NCBI GenBank assembly: GCA_002269645.1
Contig: NIVC01001400.1
Span: 1-41,419 of the forward strand
Origin: Macrostomum lignano
Lineage: Eukaryota
Direction: 5' to 3'
Length of the DNA: 41,419 nucleotides
The notes beneath the pieces were generated by a model. It did not search any database, was not told the DNA's origin, and saw only the letters and a list, made by a program, of their open reading frames with translations. The position numbers were made by a program, and so were the translations under genes. Positions 1 through 13,500 of this stretch are shown here, piece after piece. Position 1 is the stretch's first letter. Each line of letters begins with the position of its first letter.

Positions 1-619
1 CCACGAATTCTTGAATTGTGCTTCATGCACGAGGCTGTTATGCTCCCTCCTGCTAAGGTAAAATCGCTTAAAAGTGGTTTTTATTCATTCGGACACCAGA
101 ACTCGCCTTGTTTGCCAGGGTCCCTCCTTTGATACTTCAATTTGCTTGTAGCGTAAAGTATACTTGAGAGATTTAATTATCTTTAATTGCTGTCTTCTCA
201 CAGCAATAAAGTCCATGTAGAATTAAATGCATTAAACTCGCTACCAAGGACCACTAAAAAACACTTTGTTATAGAAGGACGCGTTAAACTCTTGATTCGT
301 GTAAAAATGGTTGAAAAGGCCGATACGTTGCCGTAATACATTAGCGAGATAGATAAATTATGACTGGCCATGTCGTGAGAAAGATTTTAAAGGATATATT
401 TATATATGTGCGGGTATGCGGGTTCTGTCTTATAAATGATCTCAATCATGGATAGAACCCTATTCGGTGTCTCAATCGGGGGCCCACCATGCATCACAAG
501 CTCGAAAAATCACATCGTCGAAAACTGATTTAACAACACACCATCACAATCTCGAAAAGTCATAAGCTCGAAAAATCATATCGTCGAAAAAGTTTAGCAA
601 CCACCATCACAAGCTCGAA

Positions 620-806
620 TAGGGTTAGGGTTAGAGCTTGTGCCTTAGGGTTAGGGTTTAGGGTTAGGGTCGGGGTTAGAACTTGTGTGCCTTTAAGTTA
701 GGGTTTAGGGTTAGGTTAGGGTTGGGGTTAGGGTTAGTGCCTTAGGGTTATGGTTCAGGGTTAGGCTAGGGTACTGGTGCCTTAGGTTAGGGTTAGTTAT
801 GGGTTG
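620..806 (+). repeat. Degenerate interstitial telomere-like (TTAGGG)n tract interrupted by GTGCC motifs
   Basis: Many TTAGGG/TTAGG/TTTAGGG units, preceded by repeated CCATCACAAGCTCGAA motifs (about 490-620). Confidence 0.75.
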
Positions 807-1891
807 CTTATGATGGCGACCCTCTCAATCTTACAGAATTTTCTTGCGCATCTACATCTAGTGAGAGACTAAACTAAATGACTTACTTGGTAGGGGACAA
901 ATATCTGAACAATCTGACGCGAAAATGAACTTTTTCGATTCGGATTAATTCACAGATACAGAAATTTTAATAATCGGCATTAAACTATTTTGCACGATTT
1001 GCAAGCGTTGCGTGCTGAGCTTAAAAAAGTCACTTATTAGTTTCCTCTCTATTTTAGTCGCGACTTGGTCCCTGAAATTTTGCGATTCCTGGCACACAAG
1101 TAGCTAAAGGTCAGGAATTCGGCAAGCCAAAGTGTTTGACAAAAGTCTGAGGGCAGAATCTTATCCCGTGCAACATTCTGACGTCCACCGATGGATGTCG
1201 CTAGAAAATAGGTATTTTTTACCTTTCGCAGACGCATGATGAAGTCGAGACCAAGCGTCGGTGCAATGTAAACTTATCCATTTGATAGCGACGTGGACGA
1301 TACATCGAATTGCTGTACGAGGAGGAATGTTTGATGGTACTGAAAGTTTTCTATTACCATTTACTGCGCTGCGTTGCACAACAAAATTAATGGAAGCGTG
1401 CTTTTTTCAGTTAAGAGAAGTCAAACAGGATTTTATTTCAAAATGAAATTAACACAGAGCTCAGATTTTAGTAAAAGTTAATAATTGTGATCTTCTCGCT
1501 GCCTACTGATGCAGTAGTAAGTTAAACATCCAAGTAGAGAATAAATAATCAATTGCTTGTTTAAAAACAGCGAGGACAGAAGTAATATCAACTTTAGGGC
1601 GTTGGTATTCTGGAAGTAGTTGGCCAGCAAACACGAGAATAAAGATAGAGAAGAACAATGATGGTCAGGTGTCAATAAATATGCAGCAACTGCGGCTGAT
1701 AAGAACTCGATAGCTAAGCAGATGCTTCCGCTAAATAATATAATTGTTACGAGCGCGTAAATAAGCAAAATCAGAGTTAGAATAGTTCATTTTTTGGAAA
1801 AGTCGGTTACAATCTACTTTACGAGCGTACACTTTTTTAAGATAAAACAGCAAAAAAGGCTTTTTTGAAAAAATACTTTGAAGATAATCTG

Positions 1892-1894
<3 letters not shown>

Positions 1895-1926
<32 letters not shown>
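1895..1926. repeat. (TA)n microsatellite
   Basis: Perfect TA run. Confidence 0.95.
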
Positions 1927-1928
<2 letters not shown>

Positions 1929-2019
1929 TGAAAAGAGATGAACACAGGGGACTTAAACACATGATAAGAACTTTTTATTATATGAAGAATTTATGCGTAT
2001 TAAGTAATTCGAATTCTGC

Positions 2020-2177
2020 TCAGGTGTTACCGCCGGCGCCTCCGGAAGCTTTGCCGCCGCCGACTAGCTCCAGGATGCAGAATACGCCGGAAACGATGGC
2101 GCAAATTGACGAATAGGCGAGGCGATCGGAGAAGTTCACCGCCTGACCGATGCCCAGGGCGACAATGGCGCTCAGAC
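2020..2177 (-). CDS. Exon 2 (terminal) of a four-TM claudin/PMP22-like membrane protein
   Basis: CAG acceptor at 2180-2178. Reads (G)LSAIVALGIGQAVNFSDRLAYSSICAIVSGVFCILELVGGGKASGGAGGNT* (end of TM3, TM4), TGA at 2022-2020. Phase matches the exon 1 donor. Confidence 0.8.
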
Positions 2178-2284
2178 CTGCGCGTGGATCGGCAATCGTG
2201 GTTTAAAGACTTCGGGCAGGCACAAACAAATGGATGAATAATAATTTGATTTGGATATAAAACGTATTTATGCTGACTGCGTGA

Positions 2285-2700
2285 TGAACAAATTAATCAA
2301 GGAATCAACGAAGCAATGAACCAATGAATTATTTTACTGAATAATGAACGAATTAAATAAAAAAACGACTGAGTAAACGAACTAATTAACGAAAGGATGA
2401 ATAAAGAAAATAATAAAAAAACTGAAAGAACAATGAGTGATTGAACGAATAAAGAAACGAACTATTTAATGAATGAAAACACGATATCACAAATGAATAT
2501 AGGAATAAATTAACAAATGAATGAACGAAAAAGAAACCAGTATAATGAACGATTAAACAAACGAAATAACAAATTAATGAATAAATGAATTAGTATATGG
2601 ATAAACGAAACAATAAACGGACGAAATAATGAGCAAACGAACGGACAAAACAAACATGCAAACATTTTATACTTTACGAGCAAACTCATAACAAACAAGA
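2285..2700. repeat. Degenerate (AATG/AACG)n low-complexity tract in the intron of the four-TM gene
   Basis: Recurring AATGA/AACGA/AATAA units. Confidence 0.7.
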
Positions 2701-2796
2701 ACCAGAAGAAGATAGAAGCATAAGATTAGAAGCCATCTCAGGTATTTTTGTAGGTGCAAATCTATTAATATTAAAGAAAGGAGAAAAACGACTCAC

Positions 2797-3063
2797 CAGC
2801 AATAAAAACAACAACCAAATCAACGATTAGCACAATTTTATTTCCGGCAGTCTCGTCAACAAACAAGTAGAGAAACGTGAGCAACACGCCGGCAAAATAG
2901 GTGACAATGCCGATTATAAGAAACGCTTGAAGCGCCTTTTCGGTTGAATCTGAGCCCAAAGTCGTCGCGCTCCTGACTTCGAGGCCGCTAGCCATACAAC
3001 AAAGCCGATGGTAATTAGCGCCCAGGTGCACTTCATCCACACGGATCCACCGTTAAAAGCCAT
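2797..3063 (-). CDS. Exon 1 of the four-TM claudin/PMP22-like gene, with an apparent 1-bp deletion near 2987
   Basis: ATG at 3063: MAFNGGSVWMKCTWALITIGFVVWLA (TM1), then a frame switch to GLEVRSATTLGSDSTEKALQAFLIIGIVTYFAGVLLTFLYLF (TM2) VDETAGNKIVLIVDLVVVFIA(G) (TM3). GTGAGT donor at 2796. The exon is 267 nt but the splice phase requires 268. Family assignment is by topology only. Confidence 0.7.
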
Positions 3064-4589
3064 TATGGCTAGATTGCTCTCGTTTGCCAATGAAAAAAGT
3101 ATATAGCAGGTGTTCAATTCCCGTATGCGTCTTCTGTTGCAACTCCGACTAGCTTACCGTTGAGTGTTTCGAAACTACCGATCTACCGGCATTATTTCAA
3201 ACGTGCTTATATAACGCTCCAATTTTTCTACCCTGACAACCAAGCAGTCCTTCGTCACAGCAAGAGCCTTCAGCCAATTGTAGGGCAGCGAGAGAATAAA
3301 AATTTCCTGAAATAAAACTCTGTTTAACTGCGGACCACCCGAGAGCTGGCCCACCTAAAAGTTCAGCTCAACTCACAATGGGGAAGGGATTTCAAAGAGT
3401 TTTTCTCTCTTTCAAAAGCAGAATAAAATGGCTGCTTTTGCTGGATGTACGCACGGGAACTAACCGTAACCCTTAGCAACTCAGCAGCTCACCTTCTCGT
3501 CCACATCCCCCAGTCCCACCGCCCATCCTGTCTGTGTAAACAACGTTTAGCACAGCAGCTCTGGGGGGGGGACGGAAGGCACGTCATCCCACGTCATATC
3601 AGTCCCCATGGCTCTCACCTGCAACAATAATAGGTAGTTTATTGTATCGAGACAGGCAGAGAAAGAGCCTGTGTGTTCTGCACTTGTGTGGGGGAGCGTG
3701 AATCAACAAACACAGCTGATGGACGTGACACGTGAATCATGGATATTTTGAAGGCCGTCTCTCGTAAACAAGAAGTCTATTTATGAAGCTGATGCCAGTC
3801 GGGATGCTGTCCTATTAGTAGTGCAATTAGAGGTTAACTGACAAGCTGATCTATAATTTGACCTTTTGCGAGTGTTCATCGCAAAATTATGTACCTATAA
3901 TAAAATGTTTGGAGTTATTAACAGACTTTCCGTAGTTTTCCATAGCTAAAATATGAAAGTGTGTAGTAAGCTGCTGCTTGGCCAGAGGTTTATGTGCAGC
4001 AAACGAATTTACCATATAAACAATCATGAGCAATCCATGCAGGGAGAGGTAACGAAAGCTAAGCAAAACAGCGCAACCATATTTGAGTAGGCAAAATCTC
4101 TTGGAAGCTAAAATAGACAGGCTCTGTCTACCTTGCAGTGTTGACTGAAGGCAAATACGGGCGGGACAGCACGGAATGCAGCAGCAAGCAGAGACTTCGG
4201 CTTGATCGTCAGGGACGAACAGGGACATCTGAGACCTGAACTGGACTGGAGGTACATGAGCATGGCATCACAGAACCACATAGTCTCATCGTTTTATGCC
4301 CTAATACATGCGATTATACTATAACTAACCTTATGTATACTTTGTTTTAATCCAGTAAAGTTTGTGAAAATTAACTTTTTTCCAAATTACCTGCGCAACT
4401 TTCTTTATTGTGGAGAAAAAATTGAAGGAAGGAATGATTATTATTTAGAATACTCTAGCAGTCTTTTAAATTAAAATAATTTTATATAAGTCTAAACTAT
4501 TGCTCCTTGATGTAAGCGTTGAAATTATTATATTATACGAGTATTTTAAAATAGAGATAAAGAGAAAGGAAAGAAAAAGGGTGGGAGAG

Positions 4590-6066
4590 CGGGATGTAGA
4601 AGAAATGAAGAAATGAAGAGGGAGAGGGAGAAGGAGACAGAGAGGGAAAGGGAGATAGAGAGAGAGACGAAGAGGAAGAGGGAGAGAGAGACGAAGAGGA
4701 AGAGGGAGAGGGAGAGGAAGAGGGAGAGGGAGATGGAGAGGGGGAGGGAGATGGAGAGGGAGATGGAGAGGGAGAGGGAGATGGAGAGGGAGAGGGAGAG
4801 GGAGAGGAAGAGGGAGAGGGAGAGGAAGAGGGAGAGGAAGATGGAGATGGAGAGGGAGAGGAAGAGGGAGAGGGAGAGGAAGAGGGAGAGGGAGAGGAAG
4901 AGGGAGAAGGAGATGAAGAGGGAGAGGGAGATGGAGAGGGAGAAGGAGACAGAGAGGGAAAGGGAGATAGAGAGAGAGACGAAGAGGAAGAGGGAGAGGG
5001 AGAGGAAGAGGGAGAGGGAGATGGAGAGGGAGATGGAGAGAGAGATGGAGAGGGAGAGGAAGAGGGAGATGGAGAGGGAGATGGAGAGAGAGACGAAGAG
5101 GAAGAGGGAGAGGGAGAGGAAGAGGAGAGGGAGATGGAGAGGGAGAGGAAGAGGGAGAGGGAGATGGAGAGGGAGATGGAGAGGGAGATGGAGAGGGAGA
5201 GGAAGAGGGAGAGGGAGATGGAGAGGGAGAGGGAGATGGAGAGAGAGACGAAGAGGGAGAGGGAGAGGGAGAGGAAGAGGGAGAGGGAGATGGAGAGGGA
5301 GATGGAGAGGGAGAGGAAGAGGGAGAGGGAGATGGAGAGGGAGAGGAAGAGGGAGAGGGAGATAGAGAGGGAAATGGAGAGGGAGATGGGGAGGGAGAGG
5401 AAGAGGGAGAGGGAGATGGAGAGGGAGATGGGGAGGGAGATGGGGAGGGAGAGGGAGATGGAGATGGAGAGGGAGATGGAGAGGGAGATGGAGAGGGAGA
5501 TGGAGAGGGAGATGGAGACAGAGCGGGAAAGGGAGATAGAGAGAGAGACGAAGAGGAAGAGGGAGAGGAGAGGAAGAGGGAGAGGGAGATGGAGAGGGAG
5601 ATGGAGAGGGAGAGGAAGAGGGAGAGGGAGATGGAGAGGGAGATGGAGATGGAGAGGGAGAGGGAGAGGAAGAGGGAGAGGGAGATGGAGATGGAGAGGG
5701 AGATGGAGAGGGAGATGGAGAGGGAGAGGAAGAGGGAGAGGGAGATGGAGAGGGAGAGGAAGAGGGAGAGGGAGATGGAGAGGGAGAGGGAGAGGGAGAG
5801 GGAGATGGAGAGGGAGATGGGGAGGGAGAGGAAGAGGGAGAGGGAGATGGAGAGGGAGATGGAGAGGGAGAGGAAGAGGGAGAGGGAGATGGAGATGGAG
5901 AGGGAGATGGAGAGAGAGATGGAGAGGGAGATGGAGAGGGAGATGGAGAGGGAGAGGAAGAGGGAGAGGGAGATGGAGAGGAAGAGGGAGAGGGAGATGA
6001 AGAGGGAGAGGGAGAGGGAGAGGGAGAGGGAGAGGAAGATGGAGAGGGAGATGGAGAGGTAGATAG
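4590..6066. repeat. Polypurine (GGGAGA/GAGATG/GAGGAA)n simple repeat
   Basis: About 1.5 kb of 6-nt purine units; source of the spurious ER/SP/LP ORFs. Confidence 0.95.
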
Positions 6067-6773
6067 AGGTAATGTCCAAGGACAAGTTTAAACAATTTCT
6101 AAGCGTTTACAAGCAGAAAGGGCTTCGCGTACACATGCCATCTCATTTCTTTTTATGAGTATCGTTATAGCAAGGTCAATATAAAACTTTTTAGGATGTG
6201 AAAGGCTATTAAATATAACGACGGTTATTTGCAAACTACTCTACTGAAAGCGTGGATTCCAGTAGGCTGTTAAGCGCATATGCATGGAAATTAAGCGTAT
6301 ATTATCGTTTACTTAATTTTAAATAGAAATTCTGACACAATGGAACTGCGGGATGATTTTAAGCTCAAATTCATTATCAATGATCAATGGCTGTGCTGTG
6401 ACTGCAGATTCTCATCTTCTATCATCTTCTTCAGTCTGCAGAGCTCAGCTTTCAATAGCAATAAAGCTGTACGCTTCTCGGCGCTTTTCTATAGAAAATA
6501 TTTCATCCGCTATGCTAGTTACTGTTGTGCTGCCTCGCGGTTTCCATGGTGACAAAGAATCACAATTCAATAGGATGAGCTGCAGTTGCGTTGCGACTTT
6601 AATTCTACCGCTTCTACCGATGCCATTCAATATAAAGAAAATTTTAGATCTTTACAATAGGCAAACTGGTCGAGACGACAGTATTAACTCGGGCAACAAT
6701 TAGAGATTTCTAACAGGGTTTTACCTAATCTAAATGTTAATGTGCTGGTTTTTATACCTAGTTGTAATACAGA

Positions 6774-7150
6774 GGGGGAGGGAGATGGGGACAGAGAGGG
6801 ATAGGGAGGGTGAGAGTGGGAGAAGGAGGAGACTGAGAGGGAGAGGGGGTAGATGGAGAGGGAGAGAGGAAGAGGGAGAGGGAGATGGAGAGGAAGATGA
6901 TGTAAATGGAGAGGGAGAGAGGAAGGGGGAGAGAGGAAGAGGGAGAGGGAGAGAGAGGGGGAGAGGGAGAGGGAGAGGGGGTAGATGGAGAGGGAGAGAG
7001 GAAGAGGGAGAGGGAGGAGAGGAAAAAGGAGAGAGGAGGAGAGGGAGAGAGTGAGAAAGGGAGGGGTAGATGGAGAAGTGGAAAGAGGAGAGGCAGATGG
7101 AGAGGGAGGGGTGAGGGGGAGATGGAGAGGGAGGCAGAGAGAGAGAGAGA
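6774..7150. repeat. Polypurine GA-rich simple repeat
   Basis: GGGAGA-type units. Confidence 0.9.
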
Positions 7151-7841
7151 GGAGGGATATCGACAAGGTGAGAGAGCATCGAATTGGGAAGAACACATGA
7201 GATGGAGACAGCTATAGAAGAAGGCGGAGAGGCACAGATGGTGAGTATAGCAAATCGCAGAATTTGATGAGGCCACGTGAGTAAAAAAAACACAGAGTGG
7301 ATGAAGGCTCTCCCTCAAAGTTGAATCCAAGGATTCTAAAAAAGTTGATCCCGGACAATGCAATCGCATACCTGAGGCTTAGGAAATGCATTAGCTAGGT
7401 GCAACCTGAGAAGAACCCCAATCCAAACCTTCATCATTGTGTCGCACTCCCAGCATCCACCCCATGCTTGAATGCAGAGCACGGCGCAGCCCACCACAAA
7501 CTTCCTTCAAAAGATTGTTCAGGAAGTTTGCCCCCCGGTTCTTCAGTTAAAACCTGCGCTATGCCGTGTGTCCCTGAGCAGCTGGGGCCAGATGAGAATT
7601 TGTGCTCAGAGCACTGAACTTCAAAGGGGAGCTCAGGCTGCTTTTACCCGGAAGAGAGCATTGCATTCATTTTTGCATTTGCGCGTACAGGACTTGTCAG
7701 TTGAAATTTTCCTATTTGATTCTGCACTACCAACAAGGAGAGAGGATACGTCGATAAGCTGATTTCAGCCATTATTAAGAATTCTAACTGAGCTGCGCTG
7801 GGTTAAATGCACTGTGGCGAAATAGTGGATAATGACTCACC

Positions 7842-8680
<839 letters not shown>

Positions 8681-9132
8681 AGCAATTATGCAAATTAGCA
8701 ATCCACTCAGCTGCATTATACTATTATACTCTTCCATAAATAGCAAAATTTGTCAATCAAAATATTAAGACTCAGTAGACAGTGAAATCTCAGTCCTTCA
8801 TAGTCACTTTTCATTACTATTACAGAGCTCCCATTGGTCCCCACCGGAATACACACAGCTGTATGCATAGATAAGGCAAAATCTCCGGCTTCTAAATTGA
8901 CTCCAAGCTCCGTGCATTTTGCCTGCTTTCATAGAAACCTAACGGCAAACAGAGCCGGCAGAAAGTACTGCAAACAGTATTTTTTAAAAGCAGCCTTTTT
9001 ACTCTTATCTGCACGTTGACCTACAACTTTTCTAATAGAAAAGCAGACAGGCTATTTAAACTCGACTCAACAGTACAACTTTGTCGGAGACTGTGGGGTG
9101 CATTTTAGCCATATTAAATATCTTAAGCCAGA

Positions 9133-9267
9133 ATGCCAATTCCACCGAAGCCGCCAGCTCTCAAGATCACGGCAGTGACTCATCAGTCTCTGGAGCTCAG
9201 CTGGGAGTCGCTGCACGCGAAGCTGACTGGAGTCCTCAGCGCACAGGATGGCAAGCTCAAGTCTGAG
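9133..9267 (+). CDS. FANK1: FANK1 exon 1 (start of the fibronectin type III domain)
   Basis: MPIPPKPPALKITAVTHQSLELSWESL...KLKSE, FN3 N-terminal pattern (P..L....T..SL.LSW). GT at 9268, phase 0, matches exon 2; the donor is weak (GTCTGT). Confidence 0.8.
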
Positions 9268-9309
9268 GTCTGTTTTATAGAGTTGAGAGATGAGATTTAC
9301 AGACAGAGA

Positions 9310-10053
9310 TGCAGGGTGAGATGAGAGAAAGTAGATGTAAGAAGAGAAGAGATTTAGGACGAGAGGAGGTGTAGCGATAAAAATGTAGAGAGAGATGTAG
9401 GCATAAATGAGAGTAGGGAGAGGAGATGTAGGAATAGATGAGATTTAGAGAGAAGAGAGGTAAGGAGAAAGGAGATGTAGGCCTAGAGAAGATGTCAGGA
9501 GAGGTGATGTAGGGATAGGGAAAGAGGAAATGTAGGGAGAGAGAGTAAATGTAAGGGGAGAAATTTAGGAAGAGATGTAGAGAAAGTAGATCTAGGAAAA
9601 ATGATGAGGAGATGAGATGAAGGGAGAGAGGAGATGAAGGGAGAGAGGAGATGAAGGGAGAGAGGAGATGATGGGTGAAAGGAGATGTAGGGAGAGGAGA
9701 TGTAGGGAGAGGAGATGTAGGGAGAGGAGATGTAGGGATAGGAAAATAGGAGATATAATGATAGTGAAAGAGGAGATACAGGGATAGGAAAAGAGGAGAT
9801 GTAGGCATATTGAAAGAGGAGATATAGGGATAGGGAAAGAGGAGATGTAGGGATAGTGAAAGAGGAGATGTAGGGATAGGGAAAGAGGAGATGTAGGGAT
9901 AGGGAAGGGAGAGAGGAGAGGAGGGGAGAGAGGAGATGAAGGGAGAGAGGAGAGGAAGGGAGAGAGGAGATGAAGGGAGAGAGGAGAGGAAGGGAGAGAG
10001 GAGATGAAGGGAGAGAGGAGATGAAGGGAGAGAGGAGATGAAGGGAGAGGAGA
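9310..10053. repeat. GA-rich tandem simple repeats (AGAGGAGATGAAGGGAG-like) in FANK1 intron 1
   Basis: Roughly 17-23-nt purine units. Confidence 0.9.
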
Positions 10054-10086
10054 CCTGCATTACCCTACCCACACACTCGATCCCAG

Positions 10087-10480
10087 GTGCAGGTGCAGCG
10101 CTCCGACCAGGCGCAGCCAGACAGCTGGGACGTGGCCTACAAAGGCTACGACACGAAGTGCACAGTGACTGGCCTGTCAGACAGCCAGTCCTACAGCCTG
10201 CGCTTCCGTTTCGGCGTCGACCCCGGCTGGGGCGAGTTCTCCAACCCGCAGTCGGTCAAAACCGCTCGCAGACTGTACACCGGCGAGGATCTGCATCGTC
10301 TGGTTCGACTGGAGAAACTGCAGGAGCTTCAGCGCGTGTTAGACACAGGCGAGGCCAATCCCAACGCGCCAGATGACAAAGGCTTCAGCCCCCTGATGCA
10401 GGCGGCTCTCGCTGGCAAGGCCGAGTCCTGTGAGATGCTCATCAATAGCGGAGCCCAGGTGGACTGGTGCGGAGAGAACG
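10087..10480 (+). CDS. FANK1: FANK1 exon 2 (FN3 C-terminal half and first ankyrin repeats)
   Basis: CCCAG acceptor. YKGYDTKCTVTGLSDSQSYSLRFR (FN3), GEDLHRLV, GFSPLMQAALAGKAESCEMLINSGAQVD (ankyrin). GTGAGT donor at 10481, phase 1. Confidence 0.92.
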
Positions 10481-10514
10481 GTGAGTCAGGAGATTACCGA
10501 TTTTATTCTGTCAT

Positions 10515-13500
10515 CAGCTGACAGTTGATTCAGCATGACGTTCCCTGACAGTTGATTCAGCATGACGTTCTGTGACACTTGATTCAGCATGACGTTCTCT
10601 GACACTTGATTCAGCATGACGTTCTCTGACACTTGATTCAGCATGACGTTCTGTGACACTTGATTCAGCATGACGCTCTCTGACACTTGATTCAGCATGA
10701 CGCTCTCTGACACTTGATTCAGCATGACGTTCCCTGACACTTGATTCAGCATGACGCTCTCTGACACTTGATTCGGCATGACGTTCCCTGACACTTGATT
10801 CAGCATGACGCTCTCTGACACTTGATTCAGCATGACGCTCTCTGACACTTGATTCAGCATGACGCTCTCTGACACTTGATTCAGCATGACGCTCTCTGAC
10901 ACTTGATTCAGCATGACGCTCTCTGACACTTGATTCAGCATGACGCTCTCTGACACTTGATTCAGCATGACGCTCTCTGACACTTGATTCAGCATGACGT
11001 TCCCTGACAGTTGATTCAGCATGACGTTCCCTGACAGTTGATTCAGCATGACGCTCTCTGACAGTTGATTCAGCATGACGCTCTCTGACAGTTGATTCAG
11101 CATGACGTTCCCTGACACTTGATTCAGCATGACGTTCTGTGACACTTGATTCAGCATGACGCTCTCTGACACTTGATTCAGCATGACGCTCTCTGACACT
11201 TGATTCAGCATGACGTTCTGTGACAGTTGATTCAGCATGACGCTCTGTGACAGTTGATTCAGCATGACGCTCTCTGACACTTGATTCAGCATGACGTTCT
11301 CTGACACTTGATTCAGCATGACGTTCTGTGACACTTGATTCAGCATGACGCTCTCTGACACTTGATTCAGCATGACGTTCCCTGACAGTTGATTCAGCAT
11401 GACGTTCTGTGACACTTGATTCAGCATGACGTTCTCTGACAGTTGATTCAGCATGACGCTCTCTGACACTTGATTCAGCATGACGTTCCCTGACACTTGA
11501 TTCAGCATGACGTTCTCTGACAGTTGATTCAGCATGACGTTCTGTGACAGTTGATTCAGCATGACGTTCTGTGACAGTTGATTCAGCATGACGTTCTGTG
11601 ACACTTGATTCAGCATGACGTTCTCTGACACTTGATTCAGCATGACGTTCTGTGACAGTTGATTCAGCATGACGCTCTCTGACACTTGATTCAGCATGAC
11701 GCTCTCTGACACTTGATTCAGCATGACGCTCTCTGACAGTTGATTCAGCATGACGTTCTCTGACACTTGATTCAGCATGACGCTCCCTGACACTTGATTC
11801 AGCATGACGCTCTCTGACACTTGATTCAGCATGACGTTCTCTGACAGTTGATTCAGCATGACGCTCTCTGACACTTGATTCAGCATGACGTCTCTGACAG
11901 TTGATTCAGCATGACGTCTCTGACACTTGATTCAGCATGACGCTCTCTGACACTTGATTCAGCATGACGTTCTCTGACACTTGATTCAGCATGACGCTCT
12001 CTGACACTTGATTCAGCATGACGTTCTCTGACAGTTGATTCAGCATGACGTTCTGTGACACTTGATTCAGCATGACGTTCTCTGACACTTGATTCAGCAT
12101 GACGTTCCCTGACACTTGATTCAGCATGACGCTCTCTGACACTTGATTCAGCATGACGCTCTCTGACACTTGATTCAGCATGACGCTCTCTGACAGTTGA
12201 TTCAGCATGACGTTCTCTGACACTTGATTCAGCATGACGCTCCCTGACACTTGATTCAGCATGACGCTCTCTGACACTTGATTCAGCATGACGTTCTGTG
12301 ACAGTTGATTCAGCATGACGCTCTCTGACACTTGATTCAGCATGACGCTCCCTGACACTTGATTCAGCATGACGTTCTGTGACAGTTGATTCAGCATGAC
12401 GTTCTCTGACACTTGATTCAGCATGACGCTCCCTGACACTTGATTCAGCATGACGTTCTGTGACACTTGATTCAGCATGACGTTCTCTGACACTTGATTC
12501 AGCATGACGCTCTCTGACACTTGATTCAGCATGACGCTCTCTGACACTTGATTCAGCATGACGCTCTCTGACACTTGATTCAGCATGACGTTCTCTGACA
12601 GTTGATTCAGCATGACGTTCTGTGACAGTTGATTCAGCATGACGCTCTCTGACAGTTGATTCAGCATGACGTTCTCTGACAGTTGATTCAGCATGACGCT
12701 CTCTGACAGTTGATTCAGCATGACGTTCTCTGACAGTTGATTCAGCATGACGCTCTCTGACAGTTGATTCAGCATGACGTTCCCTGACAGTTGATTCAGC
12801 ATGACGTTCTGTGACAGTTGATTCAGCATGACGTTCTCTGACACTTGATTCAGCATGACGTTCCCTGACAGTTGATTCAGCATGACGTTCTCTGACACTT
12901 GATTCAGCATGACGTTCTCTGACAGTTGATTCAGCATGACGTTCTGTGACAGTTGATTCAGCATGACGTTCCCTGACAGTTGATTCAGCATGACGCTCTC
13001 TGACACTTGATTCAGCATGACGCTCTCTGACAGTTGATTCAGCATGACGTTCTGTGACAGTTGATTCAGCATGACGTTCTGTGACACTTGATTCAGCATG
13101 ACGTTCTCTGACACTTGATTCAGCATGACGTTCCCTGACAGTTGATTCAGCATGACGTTCTCTGACACTTGATTCAGCATGACGTTCTCTGACAGTTGAT
13201 TCAGCATGACGTTCTGTGACAGTTGATTCAGCATGACGTTCTCTGACACTTGATTCAGCATGACGTTCTCTGACACTTGATTCAGCATGACGTTCCCTGA
13301 CAGTTGATTCAGCATGACGTTCTCTGACACTTGATTCAGCATGACGTTCTGTGACAGTTGATTCAGCATGACGCTCTCTGACACTTGATTCAGCATGACG
13401 CTCCCTGACACTTGATTCAGCATGACGTTCTGTGACAGTTGATTCAGCATGACGTTCTCTGACACTTGATTCAGCATGACGCTCCTGACACTTGATTCAG

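Noticed and set aside
1049-1768. Short minus-strand ORFs including a hydrophobic 96-aa ORF (1478-1768)
   Set aside because: No recognisable family motif or consistent splice structure; they may be exon fragments but cannot be supported.
4130-4260. Possible exon (CCTTGCAG acceptor, GC-rich, AG|GTACAT donor)
   Set aside because: Stops in the frames that would connect acceptor and donor; no recognisable homology.
4466-7369. Long SP/LP/ER/GR-rich ORFs
   Set aside because: Translations of polypurine/polypyrimidine simple repeats.
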